Positions 23,761-33,855 of a DNA stretch of 64,000 bases are shown piece by piece. Numbering within the stretch: position 1 is the first letter of the stretch; each line of letters begins with the position of its first letter. The notes below the pieces were generated by a model. It saw only the letters and a list, made by a program, of their open reading frames with translations. It searched no databases and was not told the origin of the DNA. The position numbers and the translations under genes were made by a program. The stretch comes from Gemella sp. (lineage in GTDB: Bacteria > Bacillota > Bacilli > Staphylococcales > Gemellaceae): positions 9,433-73,432 of the forward strand of contig JAUMWC010000003.1 of NCBI GenBank assembly GCA_030529855.1, read 5' to 3'.

Positions 23761-24555
23761 TTAAATTGTGTTTACAATTTCTGCATGTACTTCCATATTC
23801 AACCATTTTTCTGCAGTTTCTATAAATTTATTATTTTTATTTGTTATAAAAAAACTATACTCCTTATCTCCCGTTGTATTATGTAAATCTAAGAATGTTA
23901 AGATACTGCTTACTTCTCTAGCTGTCTCTCTTCCAGAAGAAATTACCATTTTTTGATTATCGAAATAAGCATCTATATATTTTTGTAGTAAGGGATAGTG
24001 TGTACATCCTAAAATTATAGTATCAAATTCTAAATTTTTACACTCTTTTAATTCGTTATGTATAAGTTCTGTAGTCTCAATAGGATCATCATAATTTTTA
24101 TTTTCTACATATGGAACAAACGTTTGACACGCTTTATTATAAACCGTTATATTTCTATTAATTTTATGTATTTCATTACTATACGCTTTTGATTTAGCTG
24201 TAAAATTAGTACCCAATACTAAAACTTTTCCAGAGTTTGTAGTTTGTAAAGCTGTAATTGCACCTGGTTTAATTACCCCAATTATGGGTACCGAATATTT
24301 TTCTCTTAATGTCTCTAAGGCCGCCGCTGTTGCAGTATTACAAGCAATAACAACTAGTTTGACACCTCTAGATACTAAAAAATTAACAGCAGTGTCGGTA
24401 TGCTGAATTATTTCTTCTTTAGTTTTATCACCATAAGGACAATTTTTAACATCTCCAAAAAAATAAATGCTTTCATTAGGTAATTGTCTCATTATCTCTT
24501 TTGTTACAGTAAGCCCACCCACACCACTGTCAAAAACACCAATAGGTTTACTCAT
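23761..24555 (-). CDS. murI: Glutamate racemase
   Basis: 264 aa; GVFDSGVGGLTV N-terminus and the conserved ACNTA and GCTHYP cysteine motifs. Confidence 0.93.
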   Translation of the reverse strand: MSKPIGVFDSGVGGLTVTKEIMRQLPNESIYFFGDVKNCPYGDKTKEEIIQHTDTAVNFLVSRGVKLVVIACNTATAAALETLREKYSVPIIGVIKPGAITALQTTNSGKVLVLGTNFTAKSKAYSNEIHKINRNITVYNKACQTFVPYVENKNYDDPIETTELIHNELKECKNLEFDTIILGCTHYPLLQKYIDAYFDNQKMVISSGRETAREVSSILTFLDLHNTTGDKEYSFFITNKNNKFIETAEKWLNMEVHAEIVNTI

Positions 24556-24557
24556 GA

Positions 24558-25289
24558 TTAATTTTTCCTTTCAAAATTATATAACAAAGATTCTAAATCC
24601 TGTATTTTCTTATATGTTACTGTTTCTACACCAATATATTCTTTCATTATCTGATTTAAAAATTCTAACACCATAGCGTACTCTATTTCATTCAGTGCAA
24701 TACTTTCTAAAATATTAAGATCGGATTTTATACTCAATATATGAATTAATTTTACCAATTTGTCTGATAATGGATATGTTTTCTTATTTATTTCATTCGT
24801 AAATAAATTCAAAGAAAAATCATATCCTACATATAACTTATCCGTCTTCTTATATTTAAACTTAAACCCTTCTTTATTTAATAATTTACAAATAAAAAAT
24901 ATATTTAGTAAAGGGGCTTCTATGCAATTTTTATTTAATTTATCAAGAACTTCTTCTAGTTGAACATAGTTTACAAAATCGTTGTCGCTACCTACTATAG
25001 TAATTAATTCTATTATGTTTCCTACATACATAAATGCAGTTATATCATGTACTATGTTTTTGTAATAATCCTCAACATCTACTGCGATTAATCTGTTCAT
25101 TCTATAGTTATTTAAATATATAATATTAACTTTACAAGGAATTGTAATCTTATTTTTTTTAGTTTTTTGTCCATTTTCTAAAAAGAAACTTTCTATTTTC
25201 CCTGTTTCTAATAAGATATGCAATATTTCATGTTTTTCTTTGTAAGCTATTTTTTTTATTATAATACCCCTATTAGTCGTAGATATCAT
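24558..25289 (-). CDS. recO: DNA repair protein RecO
   Basis: 243 aa. Position directly downstream of era matches the conserved era-recO pair. The N-terminal OB-fold-like region is consistent with RecO but the similarity is modest. Confidence 0.65.
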   Translation of the reverse strand: MISTTNRGIIIKKIAYKEKHEILHILLETGKIESFFLENGQKTKKNKITIPCKVNIIYLNNYRMNRLIAVDVEDYYKNIVHDITAFMYVGNIIELITIVGSDNDFVNYVQLEEVLDKLNKNCIEAPLLNIFFICKLLNKEGFKFKYKKTDKLYVGYDFSLNLFTNEINKKTYPLSDKLVKLIHILSIKSDLNILESIALNEIEYAMVLEFLNQIMKEYIGVETVTYKKIQDLESLLYNFERKN

Positions 25290-26181
25290 CTCTATAACCC
25301 AACTCTTTAATCAAATTAGGCTTTGTACGCCAGCTGTCTATAACCTTAACCCACAATTCTAAAAAGATCTTCTCACCTAATAACTCTTCAATATCTCGCC
25401 TTGCTAACTGCCCTATTTTCTTTATCATTTGACCTTGTTTTCCGATAATCATTCCTTTTTGTGATTTGCGTTCAACTATTATTGAAGCAATAATTTGTTT
25501 TTTAGAATTTCCATCCGTAGATATTTTATCAATAACCACTGCCACTGAATGTGGAATCTCTTGTGCTGTTAACTTTAACACTTTTTCTCTTATGAACTCA
25601 GAGATAATAAAATATTCAGGTGAATCCGTTATCACATCATCAGGATACATTTTATAACTTGGTTGGAGATATTTCTTAGTTACTGTTAGTAAACTATCAA
25701 CATTAATTGATTCTAAAGCAGAGATAGGAACTATCTCTGCAAATGAGTGCAGTCTACTATAAAAATCAATAGTTTTTAGCACTTTTTCTTTAGATACTAG
25801 ATCAATTTTATTAAGTAATAAAATTGTAGGTACATTCAACTCTTTAATTGTTTTTAATATACGTTCATCTCCTGTACCAAATTCATCAGCTACGTTTACT
25901 ATTAGATATACTACCTCTGATTCTGTTATTGCACTATTTGTTAACTTCATCATATAATCCCCTAATTTATGTTTAGGTTTATGTATACCAGGAGTATCTA
26001 TAAATACAATTTGTGAGTCCGCATCCGTGTAAACTCCGTTTATTATATTTCTTGTAGTTTGGGGTTTATCTGACATGATTGCTATTTTTTGTTGTAAAAT
26101 ATTATTCAATAATGTGGATTTTCCAGCATTTGGTCTCCCAATTATTGTAATAAATCCTGTTTTAATTAAATTTTCCATCAC
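25273..26181 (-). CDS. era: GTPase Era
   Basis: GRPNAGKST G1 motif, DTPG G3 motif, NKID G4 motif, C-terminal KH domain. Confidence 0.95.
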   Translation of the reverse strand: MMENLIKTGFITIIGRPNAGKSTLLNNILQQKIAIMSDKPQTTRNIINGVYTDADSQIVFIDTPGIHKPKHKLGDYMMKLTNSAITESEVVYLIVNVADEFGTGDERILKTIKELNVPTILLLNKIDLVSKEKVLKTIDFYSRLHSFAEIVPISALESINVDSLLTVTKKYLQPSYKMYPDDVITDSPEYFIISEFIREKVLKLTAQEIPHSVAVVIDKISTDGNSKKQIIASIIVERKSQKGMIIGKQGQMIKKIGQLARRDIEELLGEKIFLELWVKVIDSWRTKPNLIKELGYRDDIYD

Positions 26182-26191
26182 TACTCCTCAT

Positions 26192-26662
26192 CTATCTTAG
26201 TAACCCAAATTGTTCTAAAATTTGATTTTGTTTTCCAAACATAACTTTTTCTTCTTCTTCAGTCATATGGTCATATCCAAGTAAGTGTAAGAATCCATGT
26301 ACAGCTAAAAAACCTAATTCTCTCTCATAAGAATGACCGTACTCTTTAGCCTGTTCTTCGGCTATATTTGTACAAATTATAATATCACCTATATAATTCA
26401 TATCTTCACCACCAATAATTTCTAATTCACCCTCCACATCATCATTAAGTGCAAATGAAATTACATCTGTGGGTCTATCAATCCCTCTATATTCTTTATT
26501 TATATCGTGTATTTCTTTTTCATCAACAAAAGAAAGTGAAAATTCTGTATTTTCTTTTTCTACACCCTCACTTTCTGCTGCAACTTCTAATAAATTCACT
26601 AACATAATTTTTATTCTATCTTCCACTAAAGAGCTTTCATCTATTATCTCTACAAAATTCAT
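26192..26662 (-). CDS. ybeY: Endoribonuclease YbeY (rRNA maturation factor)
   Basis: 156 aa; metal-binding H-x-x-x-H-x-x-G-x-D-H motif (HGFLHLLGYDH). Confidence 0.93.
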   Translation of the reverse strand: MNFVEIIDESSLVEDRIKIMLVNLLEVAAESEGVEKENTEFSLSFVDEKEIHDINKEYRGIDRPTDVISFALNDDVEGELEIIGGEDMNYIGDIIICTNIAEEQAKEYGHSYERELGFLAVHGFLHLLGYDHMTEEEEKVMFGKQNQILEQFGLLR

Positions 26663-26681
26663 ACTATCCTCCGTTATATTT

Positions 26682-26711
26682 TATGTAAATATATTATAAT
26701 ATATTTACATA
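26682..26711. promoter_or_regulatory. Perfect 30-bp palindrome (candidate operator, or a weak A/T-only hairpin) between uvrC and ybeY
   Basis: TATGTAAATATATTATAATATATTTACATA equals its own reverse complement. It has a central TATAAT. It lies 20 nt upstream of the ybeY RBS and downstream of the uvrC stop. Confidence 0.45.
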
Positions 26712-26729
26712 AAAAAAGCTATGTACTCA

Positions 26730-28475
26730 TTATAATCGTTTTTTTAATTCGTTTGCAATAGATTTAGGTATTCCTAAATTTTTTAAGATATCATAATCTG
26801 CTGCTTTTATTTCTTCTATACTTGAAAAATGTTGTAATAATTTTCGTTTTCTTTCTTTACCTATTCCTTTTATAGTATTTAAAGGGTTATTAAACATAGT
26901 ATCATTTCTTAGAGCTTTATGGTAAGTTATAGCAAACCTGTGAACTTCATCTTGCATTTTCTTAAAGAATAGGTACTCTTCTGAATTTTTGTTTAATTCT
27001 ATAATTTCAAAATCATCAGTTACTATGTATTCAGTTACATGTTTACTATTTTTCGCCAAACCTATTATTCGTATATCTAGTTTTAATTTCTTATGAATAA
27101 CATCTATTGCTGCTTTGACATGATTTTTACCACCGTCAACAATTATTAGATTGGTATTACTTCCTTTATTCTTATATGTTCTTAATAGTACTTCCTTCAT
27201 AGATGCGATATCATCTATACCTTCCACTGTTTTTATTTTATATTTTCTATATCCATATGTATTTTTCTTACCATTTAAGAAATTCACCTTAACCGATACT
27301 GCATCACGTCCCATAATATTTGAATTATCAAATATGTCAATACTTTGTAAACTGTCTACCATCAATATTTTTTCTAAACGTTTCATTATTTGTTTGTGTT
27401 CATCTTCTTTTTTTTCAATAATACTTAATTCATTCTCTAAATAATACTTAGCATTGGCTTCTAGTGTGTCTAGTATTTTCACATGCTTTCCTTTTATTGG
27501 ATTAATTGTATCAATATCAATTAAATTAGACACTATTTGAGAATCAATATTTTTTATGTATATTTTTTTAGGAGCTTTATTTATTACGTAATATTGAGTT
27601 AAGTACGATAATAATATTTCTTCTGGCTCTGAATATAAGTCAAAATACTCTACTTTTCTTTCGATTATAGAACCAAATCTATATAAAAACATCTGTATAC
27701 ACAAATAATTATCATTGGAATGATACCCTATATAATCCACATCTGCATGGGTACTTGTATTTACTATTTGATTTTCTACAGATTTATTAATTGAATCTAT
27801 ATATTCGTAAATCTGTTGTGCCGATTCAAATTCTAATCTACTTACATATTGACGAACAATCGTATGTAATTCTTGTAACACCTTTTCAGTTTTACCTGAT
27901 AAAAAACTTTTTATTTCATCTATTCTTTTATTATACTCTGAAGATTCAATATTTTTTGCACATGGTCCTATACATTCTCCAATCTGATAATATACACATG
28001 CACGTTTTTCTATTGGATTGCACTTTCTTAAAGGATATATTTTATCTATTATTTTTTTTAAGTTATTCGCTGATTTAACATCTACATATGGGCCGAAATA
28101 AATATCCTTACTGTTTTTTCTATATTTTCTTGTTAATAATAGTCTAGGATGTTTCTCACGAGTAATCATCAAATATGGATACGATTTATCATCCTTTAAC
28201 TTTATATTATAGTAAGGTCGATATTTTTTTATAAGATTATTTTCTAGTAACAATGCCTCTTTTTCGGAGTTCACTATAATATATTCAAGATCTACTATTT
28301 TGTTTACTAAACTCTGAGTCTTTCTATTAAGACTTCCGGTAAAATAACTTTTGATTCTATTTTTTAATACTTTAGCCTTTCCTACATAAATATATTCTCC
28401 GTATTTATCTTTGTAAAGATAGCATCCCGGTGATTCAGGTAGTAATTCTAGTTTTTTTTTCAATATATCATTCAT
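26730..28475 (-). CDS. uvrC: Excinuclease ABC subunit C
   Basis: 581 aa; N-terminal GIY-YIG (GCYLYKD...YVGKA), UvrBC-interaction region, C-terminal RNase H-like and HhH regions. Confidence 0.93.
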   Translation of the reverse strand: MNDILKKKLELLPESPGCYLYKDKYGEYIYVGKAKVLKNRIKSYFTGSLNRKTQSLVNKIVDLEYIIVNSEKEALLLENNLIKKYRPYYNIKLKDDKSYPYLMITREKHPRLLLTRKYRKNSKDIYFGPYVDVKSANNLKKIIDKIYPLRKCNPIEKRACVYYQIGECIGPCAKNIESSEYNKRIDEIKSFLSGKTEKVLQELHTIVRQYVSRLEFESAQQIYEYIDSINKSVENQIVNTSTHADVDYIGYHSNDNYLCIQMFLYRFGSIIERKVEYFDLYSEPEEILLSYLTQYYVINKAPKKIYIKNIDSQIVSNLIDIDTINPIKGKHVKILDTLEANAKYYLENELSIIEKKEDEHKQIMKRLEKILMVDSLQSIDIFDNSNIMGRDAVSVKVNFLNGKKNTYGYRKYKIKTVEGIDDIASMKEVLLRTYKNKGSNTNLIIVDGGKNHVKAAIDVIHKKLKLDIRIIGLAKNSKHVTEYIVTDDFEIIELNKNSEEYLFFKKMQDEVHRFAITYHKALRNDTMFNNPLNTIKGIGKERKRKLLQHFSSIEEIKAADYDILKNLGIPKSIANELKKRL

Positions 28476-28537
28476 TATGTCTCCCTATAAAGCAATAGGT
28501 AAGATATACCTTGTATATCCCACCTACTATGCTATAT

Positions 28538-29854
28538 TTAATTTTTTATTAATTTACAGATGAAAAAACCATCACAGTTATACTCATCTGGTAATATCCT
28601 TATCATACCTTTATCTATTGTTTCAATATTTTCTATATTAATAGGTTCAATTGTAAAATCAACATTATTTTTCAAAAATTTAGATATATTATACTCATTC
28701 TCACGTTTATCGATTGTGCACGTTGAATATATAAGAATTCCACCTTTTTTTAAATATTTTTTACTATTTTCTAAGATTTCTAACTGTAAATTAGCTATTT
28801 CATCAATGTATGAATCACGAATCTTATACTTTATCTCGGGTTTGTTTTTTATAACCCCCATTCCAGAACAAGGAACATCACAAATAAGTATATCAAATTT
28901 ATCTATAAACTCACTATTAGATTTTCTTGCATCTTGCTCTATTACATTTATATTAGTGATACCTAATTTATTAGCATTTGATTCAATCAACTTTAATTTA
29001 TGGATATATTTATCGCAAGAAGTTATTTCTGAATTACTATATAAACTAGCTATATGTAAACTCTTTCCACCAGGTGCTGCACAAACATCTAATATATTGT
29101 ACTGATGGTCTTTATCTTGATTAATAGTATGTGCAACCAAAGAACTAGCCTCATCTTGAATAATATAGTATCCATTCTTAAACAACGGGTCATTAATATC
29201 AATATTACTTACAAGTAAACTATCTTCTACTATCGAACTTTCTTTTACACTTATACCTGCTTTTGAAAAAGAGTTCATTAACTCCTGTTTATTAGTTTTT
29301 AATGTATTTATTCTAACACTGTTTTCACTAGTATTGTTAAATGATTTAACAATAGAGATAGCTTTTTCACTACCATATTGTTCTTTTAAAATTTCAAATA
29401 ATTCTTTAGGACAAGAGTATTTTATACAAATCTCTTCTTCAATATCATTAAAGGTATTTTCTGATAACACATCTATATTTCGAATAATATTTCTCAGTAT
29501 AGCATTAACAAATTTACTTGTATGTATACCGAATAATTTTTTCGATAAGTTAACTGCCTCGTTTACAACTGCGAAATTCGGTGTTTTATCTAATTCTAAT
29601 ATTTGATATGCAGACATAATTATTAATATTTTTACTTTTGTTTTTATCCTACTATTAGCAAATTTTTTTATAATATACTCTAAATAAATTTTATTTTTAA
29701 TACTTCCATATACCAACTGCGTTATATATCTTTTATCTTGCTGATTAATATTATTCTTAGAGAACGTTTTATTAATGCTAATATTACTATACGCCTCAGT
29801 TACCAAGATATCTACTAATATTTCATAGGCATATTCCCTGGCTGTTTTATTCAT
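28538..29854 (-). CDS. rsmB: 16S rRNA (cytosine967-C5)-methyltransferase RsmB
   Basis: 438 aa; N-terminal NusB-like region; SAM motifs DVCAAPGGKS, DVPCSG and YSTCT. Confidence 0.88.
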   Translation of the reverse strand: MNKTAREYAYEILVDILVTEAYSNISINKTFSKNNINQQDKRYITQLVYGSIKNKIYLEYIIKKFANSRIKTKVKILIIMSAYQILELDKTPNFAVVNEAVNLSKKLFGIHTSKFVNAILRNIIRNIDVLSENTFNDIEEEICIKYSCPKELFEILKEQYGSEKAISIVKSFNNTSENSVRINTLKTNKQELMNSFSKAGISVKESSIVEDSLLVSNIDINDPLFKNGYYIIQDEASSLVAHTINQDKDHQYNILDVCAAPGGKSLHIASLYSNSEITSCDKYIHKLKLIESNANKLGITNINVIEQDARKSNSEFIDKFDILICDVPCSGMGVIKNKPEIKYKIRDSYIDEIANLQLEILENSKKYLKKGGILIYSTCTIDKRENEYNISKFLKNNVDFTIEPINIENIETIDKGMIRILPDEYNCDGFFICKLIKN

Positions 29855-30803
29855 TATTTACTCCCAACACCTGTCCTGTATAATCATTTTGATTAGATAA
29901 GAAATTTTTAACGTCCACTCTTTTTTTACCTGATATTTGAACTTCTAATATCTTTATTGTAGTATTATTACCACACTTCACATACAAAGAATCTTTTTCT
30001 TGCTTTACTATTGTTCCTACTACAGCTGAGCTCTCTATATTCTCTACAATTTCAACTCTCCAAATTTTAAATACTTGATTATTTAAATGTGTAAATGCAC
30101 CTGGTACTGGATCAAATGCTCTCACTTTATTAAAAATCTCTCTAGCCGAAGAAGACCAATCAATTCTCTCATCATCTCTTGTAATATTACTCGCAAACGT
30201 TACCAATGATTCATCTTGTTCTATTGGGGTAATATCCCCACTAAAAATTTTAGGCAATGTTTCTTTCAATAAATCACTACCAGCTAAAGACATTCTGTCA
30301 TGAACAGTTTGAAAATTATCATTCTCTAAAATATCAAATTCAACTTGAGAAATAATATCTCCTGCATCTAACCTTTTTACCATATACATTATAGTAACTC
30401 CTGTTTTTTCATGCCCTTCTAAAATTGAATACTGGATCGGAGCGCCACCTCTTAGTTTTGGTAAAAGCGATCCATGGACATTTATACACTTGTGCTCAGG
30501 AATTTCTAATATTTTTTCTGGAACTATCTGACCGTATGCAGCTGTAATTATTATGTCTGGTTGTACATCTAATAATTTTTTATATGTATAATCATCTGTT
30601 GCGATCTTTTCTGGTTGTAGAACCTCTATACTATGTTTTTCTGCTAGTACTTTAACAGGTGTTGGTGTGAGTACTTTTTTTCTTCCAACTTTTTTGTCTG
30701 GCTGAGTTATTACTAATTCAACATTATAATTTTCTATAAGCATTTCTAGTATTGGTACTGCGAAAACTGGTGTTCCCATAAATACAATTTTTTTTCTATT
30801 CAT
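29847..30803 (-). CDS. fmt: Methionyl-tRNA formyltransferase
   Basis: 318 aa; formyltransferase motif HGSLLPKLRGGAPI; overlaps rsmB by 8 bp as in the conserved fmt-rsmB operon. Confidence 0.93.
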   Translation of the reverse strand: MNRKKIVFMGTPVFAVPILEMLIENYNVELVITQPDKKVGRKKVLTPTPVKVLAEKHSIEVLQPEKIATDDYTYKKLLDVQPDIIITAAYGQIVPEKILEIPEHKCINVHGSLLPKLRGGAPIQYSILEGHEKTGVTIMYMVKRLDAGDIISQVEFDILENDNFQTVHDRMSLAGSDLLKETLPKIFSGDITPIEQDESLVTFASNITRDDERIDWSSSAREIFNKVRAFDPVPGAFTHLNNQVFKIWRVEIVENIESSAVVGTIVKQEKDSLYVKCGNNTTIKILEVQISGKKRVDVKNFLSNQNDYTGQVLGVNNE

Positions 30804-30916
30804 CTAATTATCCTACCTTAAAACATACTTTATTTAACTAATTATATCATACTCTAATTAATTCAACCAACTAGAAAGTGTCAATAAAAAAAGTTGACAC
30901 TTCTTAAAGTGAATTC

Positions 30917-30946
30917 TTGACAGATACTATTATTAAATGTTAAAAT
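30917..30946 (+). promoter_or_regulatory. Putative sigma-A promoter for rpsP with an extended -10
   Basis: TTGACA, 18-nt spacer, TGtTAAAAT. This leaves a leader of about 105 nt before the rpsP start. Confidence 0.35.
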
Positions 30947-31057
30947 ATCTTTAGCTTAATTAGATACCTTACTGAAATTCTCAACTTTCATTATTTTTAT
31001 TAACACACAACACACTATAAATAAAAGTTGAAAAGAATTATTCAAAGGAGTATTAAA

Positions 31058-31330
31058 ATGGCAGTTAAAATCCGTTTAAAAAGATTAGGTGCTAAGAAAT
31101 CACCTTTCTACCGTATCGTTGTAGCTGATTCAAGATCACCACGTGATGGTCGTTCAATCGAAACTATTGGAACTTATAACCCAGTTAAAGAACCAGCAGA
31201 AGTAAAAATCGACGAAGAATTAGCTTTAAAATGGTTAGGTAATGGAGCACAACCTTCTGATACAGTAAGAAGTTTATTATCTAAAGAAGGAATCTTAAAA
31301 AAATTCCACGACACTAAATTAAGCAAATAA
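31058..31330 (+). CDS. rpsP: 30S ribosomal protein S16
   Basis: [32 protein letters not shown] is the canonical S16 sequence; AAGGAG RBS. The tracked start at 31028 is upstream of the RBS. Confidence 0.95.
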   Translation: MAVKIRLKRLGAKKSPFYRIVVADSRSPRDGRSIETIGTYNPVKEPAEVKIDEELALKWLGNGAQPSDTVRSLLSKEGILKKFHDTKLSK

Positions 31331-31349
31331 GAGACTTCTATTAGTCTTG

Positions 31350-31379
31350 AGACTTAAACCTTAGCGTTTAAGTCTTTTA
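31350..31379 (+). terminator. Rho-independent terminator after rpsP
   Basis: AGACTTAAAC / GTTTAAGTCT stem followed by TTTT. Confidence 0.65.
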
Positions 31380-31389
31380 ACTTATAACT

Positions 31390-31429
31390 AAAAAAGAAAT
31401 TGTAGAAATATCTACAATTTCTTTTTTTT
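31390..31429. terminator. Bidirectional terminator (also serves mltG on the - strand)
   Basis: AAAAAA, GAAATTGTAGA, loop AATA, TCTACAATTTC, TTTTTTTT. Confidence 0.65.
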
Positions 31430-31434
31430 AAAAT

Positions 31435-32577
31435 TTAATTAGTTGAGACATAACCTGGAATATGTTCCCTTGCTAATACTTCATGTTCTGCATAAGTGGT
31501 TGCAAAGTAAGCTTTTCCATCTTTATCCGTTAGGAAGTACAGGTAATCATGCTTAACAACGTTATTTAATGCATCATAGGATCTTTTACTTGGAGATGAT
31601 ATAGGTCCTGGTGTTAGCCCAGTATTGGTATATGTATTATAGGGATCTTGATTTTTTAAATCTTCAAAACTCAGTTCTACTACCCTATTATTTAAACTAT
31701 ACATAACAGATGGATCAGTCTGCAAAGGCATATTAATTTTAAGTCTATTCATAAATACACCTGCTATAGCTCCATTATCTGTTGCTGAAGTAGATTCTTT
31801 TTCCAAAATACTCGCCATAGTTATATACTGATGAATTGATATTGGAACATCTTTGTTATTTATGTTCCAAACTTTATTACTTAAATTATATAATGGAAGT
31901 ACATTGGTTTCCGTTGCTTCAATCATTGATCTTATTAAGATTTCTGGATTAGTCTTATTTCGATCATCTATATCATATTTAGCTGGATATAAATATCCTT
32001 CTAATTTATATTTTAAATTAGGCGAATCTAACTCATTAGTTATTAAATTAGGATAATCCACCTTCAATTTATTAATAAACTCTTGATCATTTGTTTTATT
32101 GATAAATTCTTCTGGTGATATATCTGTAACTTCTGAAACTTTATTTGCTATTTTAGCTATATTATCTCCATCTATAACACTCACTGTTATACCAGATTTT
32201 CCTTGTGATTTAGTAGTTAGTACTTTTAAAATTTCTGAAAGTGTCATATTTTTACTAATTTCATAGTTACCGATATAAAATTCTTCGTAATTACCAAATT
32301 TTGAATATAATTTAAACATTAATGAACTTTTTATCAAATCTTTCTGAATTAATAAATCTGATATAACACTAGCGCCATAACTCTCTTTTATTTCGACTGT
32401 TACTTTCTCTGTACTATCTTTATCTACCGGAGTAGTTACATAATATCCCCATGATAACATTGCTATCCCCAATACAATAAATATTGAAAGAACTATAGCA
32501 AATAAATCCCCTCTCTTTTTCTTCTTTTTATTTTTCTTTCTTAATTCTTCTCTCCTCTTTATACGTTTTTCGTCCAT
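31435..32577 (-). CDS. mltG: Endolytic murein transglycosylase MltG (YceG family)
   Basis: 380 aa; basic N-terminus, one TM helix, then a YceG-like domain. Confidence 0.88.
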   Translation of the reverse strand: MDEKRIKRREELRKKNKKKKKRGDLFAIVLSIFIVLGIAMLSWGYYVTTPVDKDSTEKVTVEIKESYGASVISDLLIQKDLIKSSLMFKLYSKFGNYEEFYIGNYEISKNMTLSEILKVLTTKSQGKSGITVSVIDGDNIAKIANKVSEVTDISPEEFINKTNDQEFINKLKVDYPNLITNELDSPNLKYKLEGYLYPAKYDIDDRNKTNPEILIRSMIEATETNVLPLYNLSNKVWNINNKDVPISIHQYITMASILEKESTSATDNGAIAGVFMNRLKINMPLQTDPSVMYSLNNRVVELSFEDLKNQDPYNTYTNTGLTPGPISSPSKRSYDALNNVVKHDYLYFLTDKDGKAYFATTYAEHEVLAREHIPGYVSTN

Positions 32578-32583
32578 TAATAA

Positions 32584-32892
32584 CTATTCTCCTTCTTCTG
32601 AATCAAAATATAATATATCTAATACTTCAGATATCATATCATATTCTTCATCTGTTTCTACAGGCTCAAACCTTATGTTATCTCCCTCTTCTATACAAAC
32701 CATTGGGAAAATTTGTAATTCTTCTTCATCAATTCTGTCTTCTTCTGCAAAAATATAATATAAGTTATTGTTTGTAGGATTAGTAAATTCTAGTATTTTT
32801 CTATACTCTTTTTCTGTACCCGTGTCATCACTTAAAGTAAATACTTCCTCATCCATTCCTACGTTCATTTTATCTAAATCTTTTTCTAACAT
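32584..32892 (-). CDS. DUF1292 (UPF0473) family protein
   Basis: 102 aa; acidic protein located between ruvX and mltG, the conserved position of YrzB-like genes. Confidence 0.6.
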   Translation of the reverse strand: MLEKDLDKMNVGMDEEVFTLSDDTGTEKEYRKILEFTNPTNNNLYYIFAEEDRIDEEELQIFPMVCIEEGDNIRFEPVETDEEYDMISEVLDILYFDSEEGE

Positions 32893-32919
32893 AATAGTTA
32901 TCTCCTTTAATTTTTAATT

Positions 32920-33345
32920 CTATTTTTTCATATCTAAAAATGTTTGTAATATTAGAACAGCAGCCATTTTATCAACAACGTCTTTTCTTTTTTTTCTAGA
33001 AACATTAGCATCTATTAAGACTCTTTCCGCTGCCAATGTAGTAAGCCTTTCATCTTGAAATTCTATTTCTACACTCTTTATTTTATTTTTAAGAATATCT
33101 ACGAAATTAATAGTAGCTTCACCTCTAAATCCTATACTGTTATCCATATTTTTAGGTAGACCTACTACTATCATTCCTACATTATATTCTCTTACTAATT
33201 CTTTTAATTTTTTAATTTTGAAGTCTTTTATCGCTTCATTTACTTGTAATGTTTCTATACCTTGGGCTGTTATGTTTAATGCATCACTTATGGCTACTCC
33301 AATTGTCTTGCTACCGTAATCAAGAGCCATTATTCTTTTTTCCAT
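32920..33345 (-). CDS. ruvX: Holliday-junction resolvase-like / pre-16S rRNA nuclease RuvX (YqgF)
   Basis: 141 aa; MALDYGSKTIGVAISD N-terminal RNase H-like motif. Confidence 0.92.
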   Translation of the reverse strand: MEKRIMALDYGSKTIGVAISDALNITAQGIETLQVNEAIKDFKIKKLKELVREYNVGMIVVGLPKNMDNSIGFRGEATINFVDILKNKIKSVEIEFQDERLTTLAAERVLIDANVSRKKRKDVVDKMAAVLILQTFLDMKK

Positions 33346-33367
33346 ATATTCTCCCTAAATTCACCTA

Positions 33368-33847
33368 TTATTTTCTCTTTAAATGAATAAATGTATAATT
33401 ACATTCATTATCATCATCTTTATTATAGGATTTTTTACTAACTATTTCCCATTCATCATCATTAATAAGTGGGAAATAACTGTCACCTTTAACTTCTATG
33501 TCCATTTCTGTAATAAACATTTCTTCAACATAGTTTATATATTTAGAATATATTTCACTTCCTCCAAATATATATAATTTTTCAGTATCATAATCCTCAA
33601 GAATACTGTTATCATCTGTATAGATCTCAATCCCCTCAAAATCATACTCAGAATCTCTTGTTAACACTCTATTAATCCTATTAGGGAGTGGTCTTCCTAT
33701 ACTCTCGAAAGTCTTTCTTCCCATTAAGATAGTTTGATTAGTTGTCAATTCCTTTACTCTTAACATATCTGCTTTTGACTTCCATGGAATAGTATTATTG
33801 TCCCCTATACATCTATTTTTATCATATGCTACAATTAATGAAATCAT
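33368..33847 (-). CDS. folA: Dihydrofolate reductase
   Basis: 159 aa; MISLIVAYDKNRCIGDNNTIPW, ILMGRKTFESIG and IFGG motifs. Confidence 0.93.
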   Translation of the reverse strand: MISLIVAYDKNRCIGDNNTIPWKSKADMLRVKELTTNQTILMGRKTFESIGRPLPNRINRVLTRDSEYDFEGIEIYTDDNSILEDYDTEKLYIFGGSEIYSKYINYVEEMFITEMDIEVKGDSYFPLINDDEWEIVSKKSYNKDDDNECNYTFIHLKRK

Positions 33848-33855
33848 ATTTCCTC

